A model generated the notes under the pieces. It did no database searches. It was given only the letters and a program-made list of their open reading frames with translations, and was not told where the DNA came from. DNA of 64,000 nt from Octopus sinensis (lineage: Eukaryota): the NCBI RefSeq assembly GCF_006345805.1, contig NC_043003.1, positions 29,698,001 to 29,762,000 on the forward strand. The letters are read 5' to 3'. Position 1 is the stretch's first letter, and every line of letters begins with the position of its first letter. Below are positions 12,201-25,590 of this stretch, piece after piece. The position numbers were made by a program, and so were the translations under genes.

Positions 12201-13488
12201 TTGAGTGTTTACATATACAAAAGGCATTCAGTAGAAAAGAGATTTGCTCTAATAACAGTTTACTTTTAGTTTGTTGGCCACAATTAAGGCCATGCTGGAG
12301 CATTGCCTTTCAAGGTTAAAATATTTAAAAATAAACAAAACATTTTCACTAACAAGGATAAACAATTGTAAAAACCGACAAAAAAGAAGAAGGAAAAAAA
12401 ACTCTAAAACTTTGCTTGCTTCCTATGTGTGTTTTAGAGATGAGACACTTGTCAAGATTATATTGTTGCTCAACCACATACAATTAAATAATTGAAAAAT
12501 AGTTTCAGTTAAAATAATCTCTTGAATTGAAAAGAAAAAGCAAAAAAATAACTTTTGAATTTTTTCTTTCACCATTGCAGTAAAATATAAAGATTTGAAA
12601 GTCAGATGAAGATGTTGATTGTTATTCCATGAAGAGCATTTGATGTAAATAAACTGATAGGTGGAAGTTAAGGAAGACATATTAGACCTAAACAAGGTCA
12701 GTCAACTGACTTTTACACCCTACATACCACAGACAGACATACTTCTGACACTTAGTGACTGCTACTTCACAATTTTAAATGTCAATGTGACCAACATGTG
12801 CCAGATGCAAGTTTATAATTGAACAGACATTAAATTTTCCACCACCAAGTTTTTAATTGTCTAACACCTGTAATGATAATGGCATGTCTGTCAGTAGTAT
12901 TAGTGTCATGTTTGTTACTAATGTAGCAATGGAGTGTCCAACCAGTTAGTGTAGCAGTGGAGTGCCAACCACCCAGTCACACTGGCTTTGTCCTATCATT
13001 CTACCTTAAAAGTGTGAACATTGTTAAATGAAGAATTGACCATACTTATCATTAAATCACAGACACACACAAGTGACCACACTGAAATGTTAAAAATATA
13101 TCCAGAAAATCTATTTAAATCAAGTGGGAACACCGTAGCTGGTTGGGTTCAAACAGTGAAGCCACGCACTGAGTTTGGGGTGGATTGGGATGGCAGGCTT
13201 TAAGAGCAACCATAGTAAATTACAGCAAACCAGTTGTGTAACAGAAACTTTATAGGTATATGGACACTTACTAGCATTAGAATATGTCTGCTATTGTCAA
13301 ATATTGAGAAGTTAATCTGTTACAGATAGAATATGTATACAATGGAAAGTCAGGTATATAATTCAGTAGGTACTTACAGGAGAAATAGATATCTGAGGGT
13401 CACTACTAGAGAAAAAGTGGCATTCACAATACAACAGTGTTCTGTAATGCAGGCAATAAGTTGTAGACGAATTAACTGTCTTTCATAC

Positions 13489-13521
<33 letters not shown>

Positions 13522-14045
13522 CATGCACATATATATATAAATATACACACACACATGTGCAATCTTTGCATGTAAACCAGCAGCTCATCTGAGCTATACA
13601 TGTAAGTGGAGATGTGTTGATTCTTAACTATGAGCAGGACAGCCTGAAAAGCTAAGAAAAAGGACAAAGTATCATGAATGAAATAAACTGATTGAGTGGA
13701 TGATCCAGTTTTGATGTTTAGATGTGTTAGAGTTAACCACAAGCTACTGGTGTACCTCTCACAGCCTTTCCTAACATCCAATCCATTCTACAGACAGTAG
13801 CAGGGGTTAGTCTTACACAAGATCATCTAACCAGTTTAATTATAAATGTACCACTTTACACAAGTCCTGTAAGACAGGGATAGTAGAAAGGGTTCAAGTG
13901 CTGGTGGTGAGAATAACTGTGGTGGCAGTGTCACTTCATTATGAGAAAACACTCTTTGTGAATAAAGTGAGAGGAATACTCAGAGTGTAATACTCCAAGC
14001 TTAATATGTGTGTGTGTATATGTGATTGTATATGTTACATGAGCT

Positions 14046-14051
14046 TTTATT
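14046..14051 (-). promoter_or_regulatory. Candidate proximal polyadenylation signal of SLAIN
   Basis: AATAAA on the minus strand (TTTATT on +) 30 bp past the stop. Other candidates lie near 12170 and 11040-11140, so a longer UTR is equally possible. Confidence 0.25.
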
Positions 14052-14080
14052 TTGCACAGTGACTGTAACCAAATAATCCA

Positions 14081-14174
14081 TTAGAAACATCCCTCTTTCC
14101 AGCTGTCATCATACCCTGGAGATGTTATTGCAGAAGTTGGTGGCTTTTCTTGAGGTTTAAATGGGATTCCAGAT
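14081..14174 (-). CDS. SLAIN: SLAIN terminal coding exon
   Basis: Acceptor TTTGTTTTTGCCTAG. Translates (R)SGIPFKPQEKPPTSAITSPGYDDSWKEGCF-stop; vertebrate SLAIN ends in DSWKDGCY from recall. The eight exons total 1177 nt = 1 + 392 codons with no internal stop. Confidence 0.93.
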
Positions 14175-16169
14175 CTAGGCAAAAACAAAGTAAGAAAAAA
14201 TGTTTTTTTTTTAATGATCAGAAAGGAGAGAATCAAAGTTAAAGGAGTCCAGTACTCATAGAGATTTATTGAAGTAGGTGAAAGCATATTTAATCACTGG
14301 ACCATATTTCCAATGAAATACACTGTTTGAATTAATTTTCAAAATAATTAAGTATTTGGAGCAATTGAATAAAATAACTGAGTCTTATTTGAAACATAAT
14401 TAAGGTCTTGTTTGGAACATAACCTCACTGAATGCTTTTAAATGAAATTATAATGAGAAGTTTAAATTTAAATATGAACATTTTAAAATTAGAGGTTTTG
14501 TAGAATTAAACCAAATACTCTGTATAATCAAACCACAGTCATTGATTAAAGCAGATAATTTGTGTAATTAAATCAAATTGTGTCATTCAAGCAGAGGCAT
14601 TGATTAATTAAAGCAGAAATTTTGTATAATTAAACAAGAAACTTTTTGTTATTAAATCGGAGCTGATCTGGGGCAGGTTGGTATCAAAAAGTATAAACAA
14701 TAAAACATGTCGTGACAAACATAATATTAAGTAATAAAAAGATTTTCCCCGTTTTCCACAAAATACAAAAGACAACTCCAAACATGTTTGAGCCTTATTA
14801 GGTATCCTCTGTTGTAGCATAACCTCAAAGTAACTTGCTCAAGTATTATTTTGCTTAGTGAGTTGAGAAAAATTATTAAGTAAATAAATATATAAAAACA
14901 ATTTGGGGTTAGGTATCCAGGACAAATTTGCCTAACAAGAAATGTTGCTAGAAGTAATATATGTATGTAGAAAGATATTTCAAATGACCTATTGACAATC
15001 TGGTCATATCAGGCATAGCTAGAGATAATCTTGTTGCTGCATTCTATCAGAATGTCTATATCTAAGAAAAGAGCCACTTCCTTAGAGCAAGGTCTAGGGA
15101 CTTATACTCATAACTTCCTCTACTGGACTTTGAAATGTTCTCATCTTAAGACATTACAGGTCTGGAAACACAAAACAGAAATAAACTGAAGCTCATAAAC
15201 CAGCAAGTTATAAGTCTATGTACTTGCTTTAATCATTTTGGGTTTTTTTTGTTGAAATATACTGCTTTTGGTTCAATTAATTTTAAAAATAATAAAGAAC
15301 TTAGTAAAATAATTTTGTCATTATATAGCTAGTGTTTGGAACATAAATAACAATGAATTTTGATGGGAACTCTTAATTGAGATAATTTTAAAACAAGTAA
15401 TTTGAATTGTAGAACCAGTGGCAGTCTCCAGCAGATTGATATTGGAAGGGTTAAATATATGCATGGAGGCATGGATGTAGAACAGTTAAATGTTACCTTT
15501 ACTGTCAATATTGTATAGGTTACCATAGCTATCAATATCCAAAACTTGTGCACTTTTAAACCAGTTACATAACTGTTTCTGTCATTCTACTTAAACAAAA
15601 TAGATGCCATTCAGAATAATGAACGAGCCTCTAAATAGTCACCAATATCAAGAAACAAGATTCCACCAGATGACTATACTAGCCAATTTGGGGACCACTA
15701 CATGGTCATTCAAGTTACTAGAAATAGCAGGCAAATCCTGTTCATATCATTTTAAAAGAAGCAAGGACACACTAGAGAATCATCTGAAAAAACTGCATGT
15801 CCTAGCTTGAATGCCAATAATCAGGGCAGATCTGGGCTAAACAGAATAATTAAGGGTCACATTAATATGGACAAACTGCAGGTCACATGTGGCTCGTGAG
15901 ACTTTCTGAGTTAGTATGCCTAACAAAAAATCACCTTGAATTTTTGTTTAGCTATGTTGCTCAGCTGATGATGAGTCATGCCTTATGTGGCTGGCTTCTT
16001 GGAAAAGGGTTCCCATGACTGGGTTTACACTGTAAAATCATTTGTTCCAAAAATTCAGGTAAAGATATCTAAAACTCTGTTGTATCATTAGTTGTGAATG
16101 TATGTTTTTGAAATACACTATTCTGGTAAGGGTAAGATATAAAGGAAAGCAAGAGGAAGAGGAACATAC

Positions 16170-16500
16170 CTTCTGGGAGCTGGTAAACTAGAGCGTGGTG
16201 CAGAAGATGGCCTTGGTATTGATCTACGAGCAGACATAGATCCTGGTTGTGGAAGATTACTTCTGATAGGTGAAGATCCTCTACGAACATTGTTTGGTTG
16301 TTTCAGGTGACTAACTAAAGGTGAGGTTGGTCGACCTGGTTGCTGTAGGCGTGATGGTTGTCGTGTTGCTGATTCTGGTGTGCCCCCTGCCACATACAGC
16401 ATTTCATCACTGCAGGCATCAAGACTAGAGTCACTGGAGTATATAGGGGGTGGTGGTGTTACTAACTTATACATGTTAGACATCCCTCTACGTCCTTCAT
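16170..16500 (-). CDS. SLAIN: SLAIN penultimate coding exon with SxLP motifs
   Basis: Acceptor TTCTCTTTCTCATTGAACAG and donor GTATGT. Translates (D)EGRRGMSNMYKLVTPPPPIYSSDSSLDACSDEMLYVAGGTPESATRQPSRLQQPGRPTSPLVSHLKQPNNVRRGSSPIRSNLPQPGSMSARRSIPRPSSAPRSSLPAPR(R), a basic Ser/Pro-rich region with SNLP and SSLP. Confidence 0.92.
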
Positions 16501-16746
16501 CTGTTCAATGAGAAAGAGAACATATAAATTTACTGTTGTTTGTTTCAGAGGAAAAATAGAAAAAAAGAATTCAAAATATAAAATGGATCATGGTGAGACA
16601 AATGAAGAGAAGGTGAGAGGACAGAAAGAATAAACAGTCATAGATAATGTCGGGGATGCTAAAGGGTTGTAACACATTCAAAACTGTACAGTATCATTTA
16701 AACACACACACAAAGAGTGTGCACAAGAAAAAGAAGAGCAACATAC

Positions 16747-16875
16747 CTTGTGGATGGTGGTTAATACAGTTTATTTGGTTTTGGCTACTAAATGGACTGT
16801 CAGGAGGACTGTTGGACTCAGAGCCACCATTTGATGCCATGCTGTGACTGTTTCGCCGGGAAGATGACATACTTT
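16747..16875 (-). CDS. SLAIN: SLAIN coding exon (129 nt, phase 1-1)
   Basis: Acceptor TATTTCATTACCAG and donor GTATGT. Translates (E)SMSSSRRNSHSMASNGGSESNSPPDSPFSSQNQINCINHHPQ(D). Confidence 0.88.
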
Positions 16876-18989
16876 CTGGTAATGAAATAGCAGTATATAA
16901 CGATGTATAATATATACATACACACACACTGTGACATTTCTTGTGTAAATATGTGTCTGTGCATGTACATCAATTTGGAAAGGGATGAATTTAAATGAGA
17001 CTAGTCGCCAGAATGGTCATGGCAGAGTAGACTTCAAGGATATACCTGATTCCATCAATCCCCAATATTTATCTCAGTAATTTTGAAGAATAAAACAGTG
17101 TGAATATGTGAGCAAGTGCTTGTATTAGTGTGTGTGTGCGTATACACGCATATGCATCAATGATAAATGAAAGAATTACTGCTCAATAAATCCTAGAAGT
17201 ATTTCTAGAGTTACTCCTATCTTATGGTAATGTAGTTATGTATGAAATGGTAGAGATGTAGGGTTGAGGGTTGAAAATGAAAGCTGAATGTGGTGGAGGT
17301 ACTATATCATACTGTGCAGAGAGTTAGCACCATGTACCACAAGAAAAGGTACCTGTTACTCACTGAGATGTGTAGAAAGTATAAATGTCTTCTAGGGCTT
17401 GTTGCTAAAATCAAGTTCCATGGAGTAAAACAGATGAGAGATGAATTTTACTCTGGAGAGAATGCTGGTCTATTGTATAAAGTAACACACACACAATGAT
17501 CTGGTACCTATCTATTCTTAACACAGTCACAAAACTGAGACAATGTAGAATAATGTTCTGGTGAGAAACACAATGAAACACTGGCAAAACAGCAGATTTG
17601 AACTCTTGATCTATAGTGGCCTAGTATCTCTTGCACTTGATTATGATGTTTCTAAATGTGTTACCTACATAAAGTGACAGTTTTGTGATTTGAATGTTGT
17701 CTATTTAAGGGAATATAAAATGAGACATGAGTAGCATCTATGTAAGGTGATATGAATGCAACAGAAGCACTGGTGTAAAGGAATGTGAAATGCATGTGAC
17801 ATGAATGAAGCAGTCTATATTACAGATGAAATGTTATGTTTGATAATGTGAAATCCATGTTATGCAATAGGAAATGAAACAGTGACATCTATGAAATGTG
17901 AAATATGTAACAGGGGTGGCAATGAGTTAGCAAAGACAAAAATGGTGGTACAAAAACAATATCATGAATGAGTGTTAGCAATGTATAACATATTAAAGTG
18001 TTAGCAGTTTTAGTTAGAATGATGGAGTTTTGTCAATGAGTGGAGTGAAGTGAAGCAACATCTACAATGGTGGTATGTTAGTAACATCTTGAATGATGAG
18101 TTAATGATGTACAACATGGTTAGCAACACTGATAAATGGTGAAATGTAAGCAATGACAGATGAAATGTCTCAAAATGATGTTAATGATAATGATAATAGT
18201 AATAATTCTTTCTAATTTTGGCACAAGGCCAGCAATTTTGAGGGAAGCAGGTAAGTCAATTACATCAACCCCAATACTTGACTGTTACTTTATTTTATTC
18301 AACCTGAAAGGATGAAATGCAAAGTTGACTTCAGCAGGATTTAAACTCAGAATGTAAAGAGCTGGAAGAAATGTTGCTAAGCAGTTTACTTGACACACTA
18401 ATGATTCTGCCAGCTCATCATCTTAATGATAACATTAAACTTCAAATGAAATTATATATTTATATATACATATGAGAATAAAAATGCTTTTTTTTTGTAC
18501 AAACTGTTTCCTGTTGATTAAGAAAGAAATATTGCTGTGTCATACATAGTCTACACCATCAGAAGGTGCTAAGGCTATCCTATTACAATAACCTCAATAA
18601 GGCATGCCAGAGCCTGCCCCACTACAGCAACTATTGAACAACAACATCAACAATAACAACAGCAACAAGATGCAAACTTGAAACAATGACCCAAACCCTC
18701 TCTTGCATTTAGAGCAAGGGAGGTTTCCTTGAAAGTGTAAAGGTTTCTAAGATGTACAACTAACTTTATTGGTAGTTACGGAGTCCAGCAGAAAGGAAGA
18801 AGGATTAAATTTTACAATATTGAATTTACACTTGATTAGCAGCAAAACTGCACCAACAATCTGAATAGATTTTCTAGAAAGTAATTTTCAATTGAAGAAA
18901 CAGTAAGATGAATAAACAAAGAATCAACGAGCGGTGAGTGGATAGTAAAAAAAATTAAAAAATAGAACCAATGACAAGGAAAGTGAATG

Positions 18990-19330
18990 ATTAAATGAGG
19001 GGATCAATGTATTAGTTAGAGGACTGATCAAATAGTAGATCATTATAGAGGGTAGAGACTGATCAGATCGTGGGTCAGGATAGAGGATAAATCTGTAGAC
19101 TGATCAATGGGTTGTCAATATAGAGAAGAGAGATGGATTAAATGATAGATCAGTGTAGAGGATAGAGACAGGTTAAATGGTAGATCAATGTAAAGAATAG
19201 AGACAGAATAAGTAGAGGATCAGTGTGGAAGATAGAGATGGATTAAATGGTGAAGCAGTTGAAGTTGAAGCAATCATAACATTAATTCATAATCCAGCCA
19301 GACAGAGGATCAATGCAGAGAATATAGAAT
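18990..19330. repeat. Degenerate minisatellite of about 37-40 bp
   Basis: Recurrent AGAGATGGATTAAATG.TAGATCA.TGTAGAGGAT-like units. Confidence 0.6.
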
Positions 19331-19788
19331 GTAATTTAATCAGATGAAGGAACAAAGAGTAGGATATAATAACCCAATTAATCAGATTATCAAAACTACC
19401 AAAACTTTATCTTGAAGGAATGAGTCAAGTGTCTCACTGGAAACAATAGAAATTCTAAGAAGACAGCAATAAATTATACACTTTCACCTGTTTAGTCTAT
19501 ACAGACCAGTTTCACACTTAAAAGTTCAGAGAAGTTTTATTTTTTGTATTTAAACACCTTACAGGAATGATAGGTCTACAATTTATTTGGAAGAGGAGAC
19601 ACAGACAAATAAACATTGATAAAAATCTATGAACTGTGAGTAGAAAATTACGAAAGTAGCAGAAGGGGTGACATAATTCTCTGAAGGGGTAAGCTGGTAA
19701 GAGGTAGGGTCAGTGGTGACACCACTGTAGGACTCCATCATGTTATCAGGTTGAAAAGTGGGGAAATTAAGGACAAATGTTGACTGAC

Positions 19789-19902
19789 CATCACGTCCAG
19801 GGCTAGACCGATTGGAACCAACAGGAGAAACTGTCGTGCTTGGTTCAGAATCACTAATTCCTGCTGAAGAGCTTGGCTGTGGAATTTGGCGTGGCCGGTA
19901 AA
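19789..19902 (-). CDS. SLAIN: SLAIN coding exon (114 nt, phase 1-1)
   Basis: Acceptor TCTTATTTTTATCAG and donor GTCAGT. Translates (V)YRPRQIPQPSSSAGISDSEPSTTVSPVGSNRSSPGRD(E), in phase on both sides. Confidence 0.8.
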
Positions 19903-20282
19903 CTGATAAAAATAAGACGAAATCAAAACAGGTAGAGAGCAGCGACTTGGCAAACAGGGTAGTAAATAATTCAATGGAAATGTGTCAAACAGCAAGCCAC
20001 AATTGAGACAAGGCCATTGGGTTTAATGAAGCTGTGTGGGGGTTGTTCCAAGCAGCATCCAAAACGTTGAGACAAGGAAACACTGAATATTATAATGACG
20101 ACAAAAATAATAATACTAACAGTAACAATAATGCATGTTAATAGGGTACAAACAAGCCAAGACTAGGCATATAGAGAGGCAAGGAAAACAAGGAGGGATA
20201 GGTGAAGTTGCATTTAGAAGAGAAGATGTAGAAATTTAGGTTCAAGTAGAGGAGAAGTGATAATGCTATTTGCAACACCGAC

Positions 20283-20339
20283 ACCAACAGACACACACAC
20301 ACACGTATGTGTATATAGGTGTATATATGTATGTATGTG

Positions 20340-20380
<41 letters not shown>

Positions 20381-20471
20381 ATGTATATATATCTGTGTGT
20401 ATATATGTGTGTGTGTATATATATATATATGTATATATGTGTAGATTTATATTTTTATATATATATGTATG

Positions 20472-20502
<31 letters not shown>

Positions 20503-20580
20503 GTGTGTATATATATGTATGTATATGAGTATATATATGTGTGTATATCTATATATATGTGTGTGTGTGTGTATGTATAT
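20283..20580. repeat. Compound TA/TG microsatellite
   Basis: Mixed (TA)n, (TG)n and TATG runs. Similar tracts at 8400-8640, 8780-9000, 33115-33160, 46215-46270, 48330-48435 and 51270-51530. Confidence 0.95.
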
Positions 20581-23500
20581 GGTCTGTGCGGACATATGTT
20601 TCATGCAAGGATGAGGCTCATCTGTCATCGAAAAAACCAGCATAACACATTAAAAAGGAAACAAAAGCTAGACTTGTAAATGAGGAATAGCTGCTGTCAC
20701 TCTTGTGAGTGAGTGTGTATATATGTATGCGTGTTTATATATATATATATAATATATATATATACTCACACATATATATATACATGTATGCATATATACA
20801 TACACTGACATAATGTAGTGAATACAAGTTAGTGCATACAGACATGAGAAAAAACATAATATGCAAAACGTAGAGTATGGGCTACATTTCATTAAAATAG
20901 AAAATATATATATATAATTGTGAGCTACACTTTGTTATACAACAAATGAAACTGCAGACCAGACAAACCAATTGTTAGTGCAGAAGAAAAAATAACAATA
21001 ACAAGGATCAAAGACCAAATTTTTGGTCAGGAGACAAAGGACTTCAGTAAGTGAACTTATTAAAATGGTACAAACATTAGAGTAGAGAAAAAGCTGTAAG
21101 TAACAAACTGTCAATATTAGAAGAGCAAGGGGTTAGAGATTTAGAAGACAGAGAAAGAGAGAGGTAAGTAACAAGCAAGAGAGAGAGACAGAGGAGAGAG
21201 GTGAAAGGATATAAAATGCATTAACCATTCTTGAATAATGACTTGATTGATTTGTGAGAGACAAACTTCAGTAAAATATTGTCAGATGGAGTAACAAGTA
21301 AGTAATGTTGAACACATGACAGGGATAACATCACCCTCTTCACACATGTACACATCAGTGTGCATTACACACACACACACACACACACACACTGTAGAGA
21401 GTGTCATATATACTTTTTACATACAGAGTGCATGTTACACATACAGCTACCACACTGAGGAAAGTATTATAAGCAAACAGTTGCACACTATAGAGATAGT
21501 GACATTCACGAGTGCACACATATACACACATATCAGAGACAATTTCACAAGAGAGAAAGAAAGAGAGAGGCAGACAGACAGACAGATACAAAGACAAAAA
21601 GCCAGAAATGCATCAAGATGATTCAGCATTCACTTTAGGACTAAGACCACCTATGGACATTATGTAAGACTTCCGAGACACAAATAGTGGCTCTAAGGTT
21701 AAACTGCTTATACCATTGTTTAGAGTTCAAACCTTATCATGGTTGTATATTTTGCTATTTCTAAAATGATTAATACTATGAAGAGTAACCATCTCAACTA
21801 TGCCAACACTAGCCCGATGTATACAATATGGCCCACTTTATTCAAACCCATTTTTATTGTCAACTTTCTGATTCCAAAAGAAGCCTTTACACATTTACTG
21901 ATCTGCAAGAAATAGCAGCGAAACTTTCCTAAAATCACAGTTTATTGAATTAACAACTGACGGATTCAAGGAAGAGATGGTGATGACTGAAACAGCTTTA
22001 ATCAGGATTAAGCTGTGGTTAAACAATGTTCAGAAACTGAACCCTCCTGTTTCAGATCTTTCAGAAATGGCCCTCACTACCTATTAACTGCTTTGTCCAT
22101 GGAGAAAGAGCAATGACTGAAGCTGGGAAACATAGCTCAAACACAGGCAACAGCTAAAGACACCCCAGGACCAGGTGGTGGTATTAAACCAAGTAATAAA
22201 TTAAGTCTGCCTCTGAAAAATAGGGATTATTTCTGTCAACCAAATTTCACTCATGTGGCTTTAGTTGACCCATGGATATGGTGTGTTGCACTGTGGGATG
22301 AACTTAAAATTACATTGTTGTGAAACAAACTTCTTAACTACAAAAGTTATGTCAGCACCCATGTCTGATACTTCCTCCTTCAAGCTCTGTATAAACAGTA
22401 CTCATCTCATATTCTCCACTACTAATGTAACATGACTCCCTCTCTCTTAGCCTCCCATGGTAGATCAACATGAGTCACTTACTGGTAGACTGTACCTATC
22501 AATGTTATATCCACATCTACATGTCAACACAGTTTGATTTGTGTCTTATGGGATGGTGAAGAATATGGTAGGATAGTCATTCCCCCAGTGGTAATAAATA
22601 TAAAAAAAAAAGCTATACAGAGAAGAAACACGAAGTCAATTAATTGACAGTGTAACAAGGAGCAGCAACATCACATTTCATACAAGATACACTAGCAGTG
22701 TTTAATATACCACACATACTGTTAAGGGGTTACTATAAGCAGGAATAAAAAAGTGCAACAAAAATAAAATCAACATAATAATTAATAATAAAATAAAATA
22801 AAATAAAATAAAATAAATAATAATGGTTTCAAATTTTGGCACACGGCCAGTAATTTTTGAGGGAAAAGGGTTGGTCAATGACATTGGCCCCAATACTTAA
22901 CTGGTACTTTATATTATTGACCCTAAAAAAACAAAAGGTAAAGTCGATATTGAACATCGTGAGCTGAGACAAATACCTTGATGTTCTAATATTCTTCCAA
23001 TCAATCCACTGTCTTTGAATAATTTCTTAAATGGGTACAAAGCCTACTAGATATTTTGGGGGAAAGCCATATCAACCCTGGATTTGAACTCAGAATGGAA
23101 AGAGCTGGAACAAATACCACAGGGCAATTCTGTTCAATACTAAATTAGATTCTACTAGCTTGTTGCTCTTATAACAAATAACAATAACTTTACAAAAATA
23201 TGTATATTAAATATACATATTAGGTGCAGTTCTAGATGTGTGGTAAGAAGTTTGCTTTCTAGCCACATGGTCTTGAGTTCAGGTTGTTCCATCGGTTGAT
23301 CAACTGGAACACTCGCTGCCATAACCAATGGAGTGCCAGTTATTGACTGACTCTAAGAAACATTTTATCAAACACTAATCCATATCCGGTGTCAGGGAAG
23401 AGATTAAAATAGCAGTCAAGACAGACACACTGACTCAGAAGTTAAAATGCTGGACTACTAACCACAGGCTCATGGGTTCAAACATCACAACTACAGCATT

Positions 23501-23921
23501 TGTTTGGTCAGCAAGAGCTAAGGCATACAATTATTTGCCCCAGTCTGCCTGGTCAACTAACAAGTGTTACCTTTATATTTTGCAGTCCCATGATTAATAA
23601 TAAGAATATTTAACTCTAAAATCCTTGGTTCCCTTGTATTATCTTATTGTAAAATTAATGGAAGCTATTACATGCATGGAAAAAAGAACAATAAAACAGA
23701 AAGGAAACAATAAAAAGAAAGAAGGAAAAACAATATCACTGGTACTAAAAAGATTTGGAAACATTTAATCGCTTCCCTAAAGAGAGATTTACTATTTTAA
23801 TTTATAGATTTGATAAGCTAGCCAAGTATAACTAGATTAGTTTAAGCATTTTAGGGCCCACACTACAACAATTACACAATCTGAAAAAAAAATAGGCTCT
23901 CCTGAAGAGGTTCTGTAGATA

Positions 23922-24800
23922 CGTGGTCTGATCAATAAGTATCCAGACTGTTGCCATAGTAATGAAGCTAAAGAAAACAGAGAAAAGCCACTTGGCACAG
24001 ATTGACCTTGAACACTGCAGTCCGTGTGCACTAAGTTTTAATGTTCTACCTCACTTCTAAGCACTGCTGTAAGCAGTGCTTGGAAGGAAGGTGTGTAACA
24101 TGTAATCGTTGCATTGACCATGACAGAGAAAGTTGAGCAGAGAAGCTGCATCAAATTTTGCAAAAAAATTTGGTGATATCTGCTCAGAGGCCTACGCAAA
24201 AATTTCAAAAGTTTTCATCATTCTCAACACAATCAAGGAGATCTTGTACAATTGAAACCAGAGTGTCTTTTTGGTCAGCTGAAAGCAGTTTTGGCACAAA
24301 CTTGGCAGGTATGCATCTATACCCAAATCTTCAGTGATAATGGACTGAACTGTAACTAATCTGCACATCCTCTGATAACTCATGGATGGTGATTCAACGA
24401 TTTCCCCTCACAATTGCATGCACATCTGCAATGTTTTTTTTCAGTTCTGCTGGTTGCAGGTGTCCCAGAATGTTTGTCAATATCCATATTTTTTCAGGCA
24501 TCTTGGAAACGTCTGAACCACTTGTACACTTGTGTGCAGCTCATACACCCACTTCCATATACTTTCTGCAACATTCGTGCAAGCCTCTGAGCAGGTATCA
24601 CAATGACAACTTTCTCTGTCATGGTCAATGCAAAGATCACACACTACACACCTTCCTCCCAAGCACTACTCAAAACAGCAGAAGTGAGCTACAACATTAA
24701 AACTTAGTGTGCATGCACAACAGAGTTCAAGCAGCTTCACTCTGCATGCTTTAGTTTTGTTACTATAGCAACAGTCCAAATACTTATTGATCAGACTTTG
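23922..24800. mobile_element. Mariner-derived non-autonomous element made of two convergent left ends, with TA target duplication
   Basis: TA at 23920-21 and 24801-02. TIRs CGTGGTCTGATCAATAAGTATCCAGACTGTTGCCATAGTAA vs CAAAGTCTGATCAATAAGTATTTGGACTGTTGCTATAGTAA. The + arm encodes MTEKVEQRSCIKFCKKFG; the - arm encodes a decayed MTEKV...VYKWFRRF...ITEDLG...AKFVPKLLS. Confidence 0.85.
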
Positions 24801-25386
24801 TATTCGCATCAGAACTCTCCAGTTCACCCATCATTCACGAGAGTGGAGAAAGAAATATAGCCTTGCTGAGGTTGTAGAGAGTCAATGAGACACCATATCA
24901 CTATCCCCTTCACCACCAAACTATCAAATTAATTAGGAAAGGTTGGTTACTTAGAAACTTCAATATAGTTAAGAAGTTCTAAGAATGACATGACAGCAAA
25001 GGAAGACATGAGCTATAAGAGGAGAAAGAGCTGAAAGCAGCTGTTTAATCTACTCCCTATTGATATTCAACAGAGATGTCAAGTTGTTCCTCTCAGCTTT
25101 CTTCCACTAAGATTTATCATATTAAACAGATCACAATGGAATTTCAATGTAGGTTGATAGTCATACCAACAACTAATACAATTTAAAATCCATCACCAAC
25201 ACCTTGAATAACTCATACAATAAAAAATTTAAAGTTAGTGTAGCTCTGATAAACTCCATTGAATAGTCAAACCACTAGATCCATTCTACACTAAAACTTC
25301 CACTGGTGTCTGGTACAACAATACTTTATCAACCTTCACCCATTGACCATCATGAAGGCAGTTCAAGTCTTCGCCGACTGACTTAC

Positions 25387-25428
25387 CTTTCCTGGGAGAA
25401 GACAGAGGTGAAATGCTTTGTCGTAAAC
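25387..25428 (-). CDS. SLAIN: SLAIN 42-nt coding exon
   Basis: Acceptor CTTTATTTGCAG and donor GTAAGT. Translates (S)LRQSISPLSSPRK(V), completing QEESLRQ across the junction. Confidence 0.9.
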
Positions 25429-25590
25429 CTGCAAATAAAGATGTTAATGATATCACTAAGACACATTCAGACTAGAACACAAAGTAATTTATGGTACATC
25501 AGATATAGCAATATATCAAATGATACTATAACATAAGTTTATTTGATACTGTCCAAAACTGATCAGTATTATTTCTCAGAGATATAATAG

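Noticed and set aside
16118-16483. 121-aa ORF as a standalone gene
   Set aside because: It is an internal SLAIN exon. The Met is internal and the last 16 residues are intron read-through past the GTATGT donor.
20590-20625. Cryptic minus-strand acceptor (DEPHPCMKHM...)
   Set aside because: No plausible donor before it runs into microsatellite, and the gene model is complete without it.
20257-20679. Long YI/CV/HT-rich ORFs here and at 8337-9007, 47855-48517, 51129-51611 and 58573-58825
   Set aside because: Translations of TA/TG/CA/ATC microsatellites.
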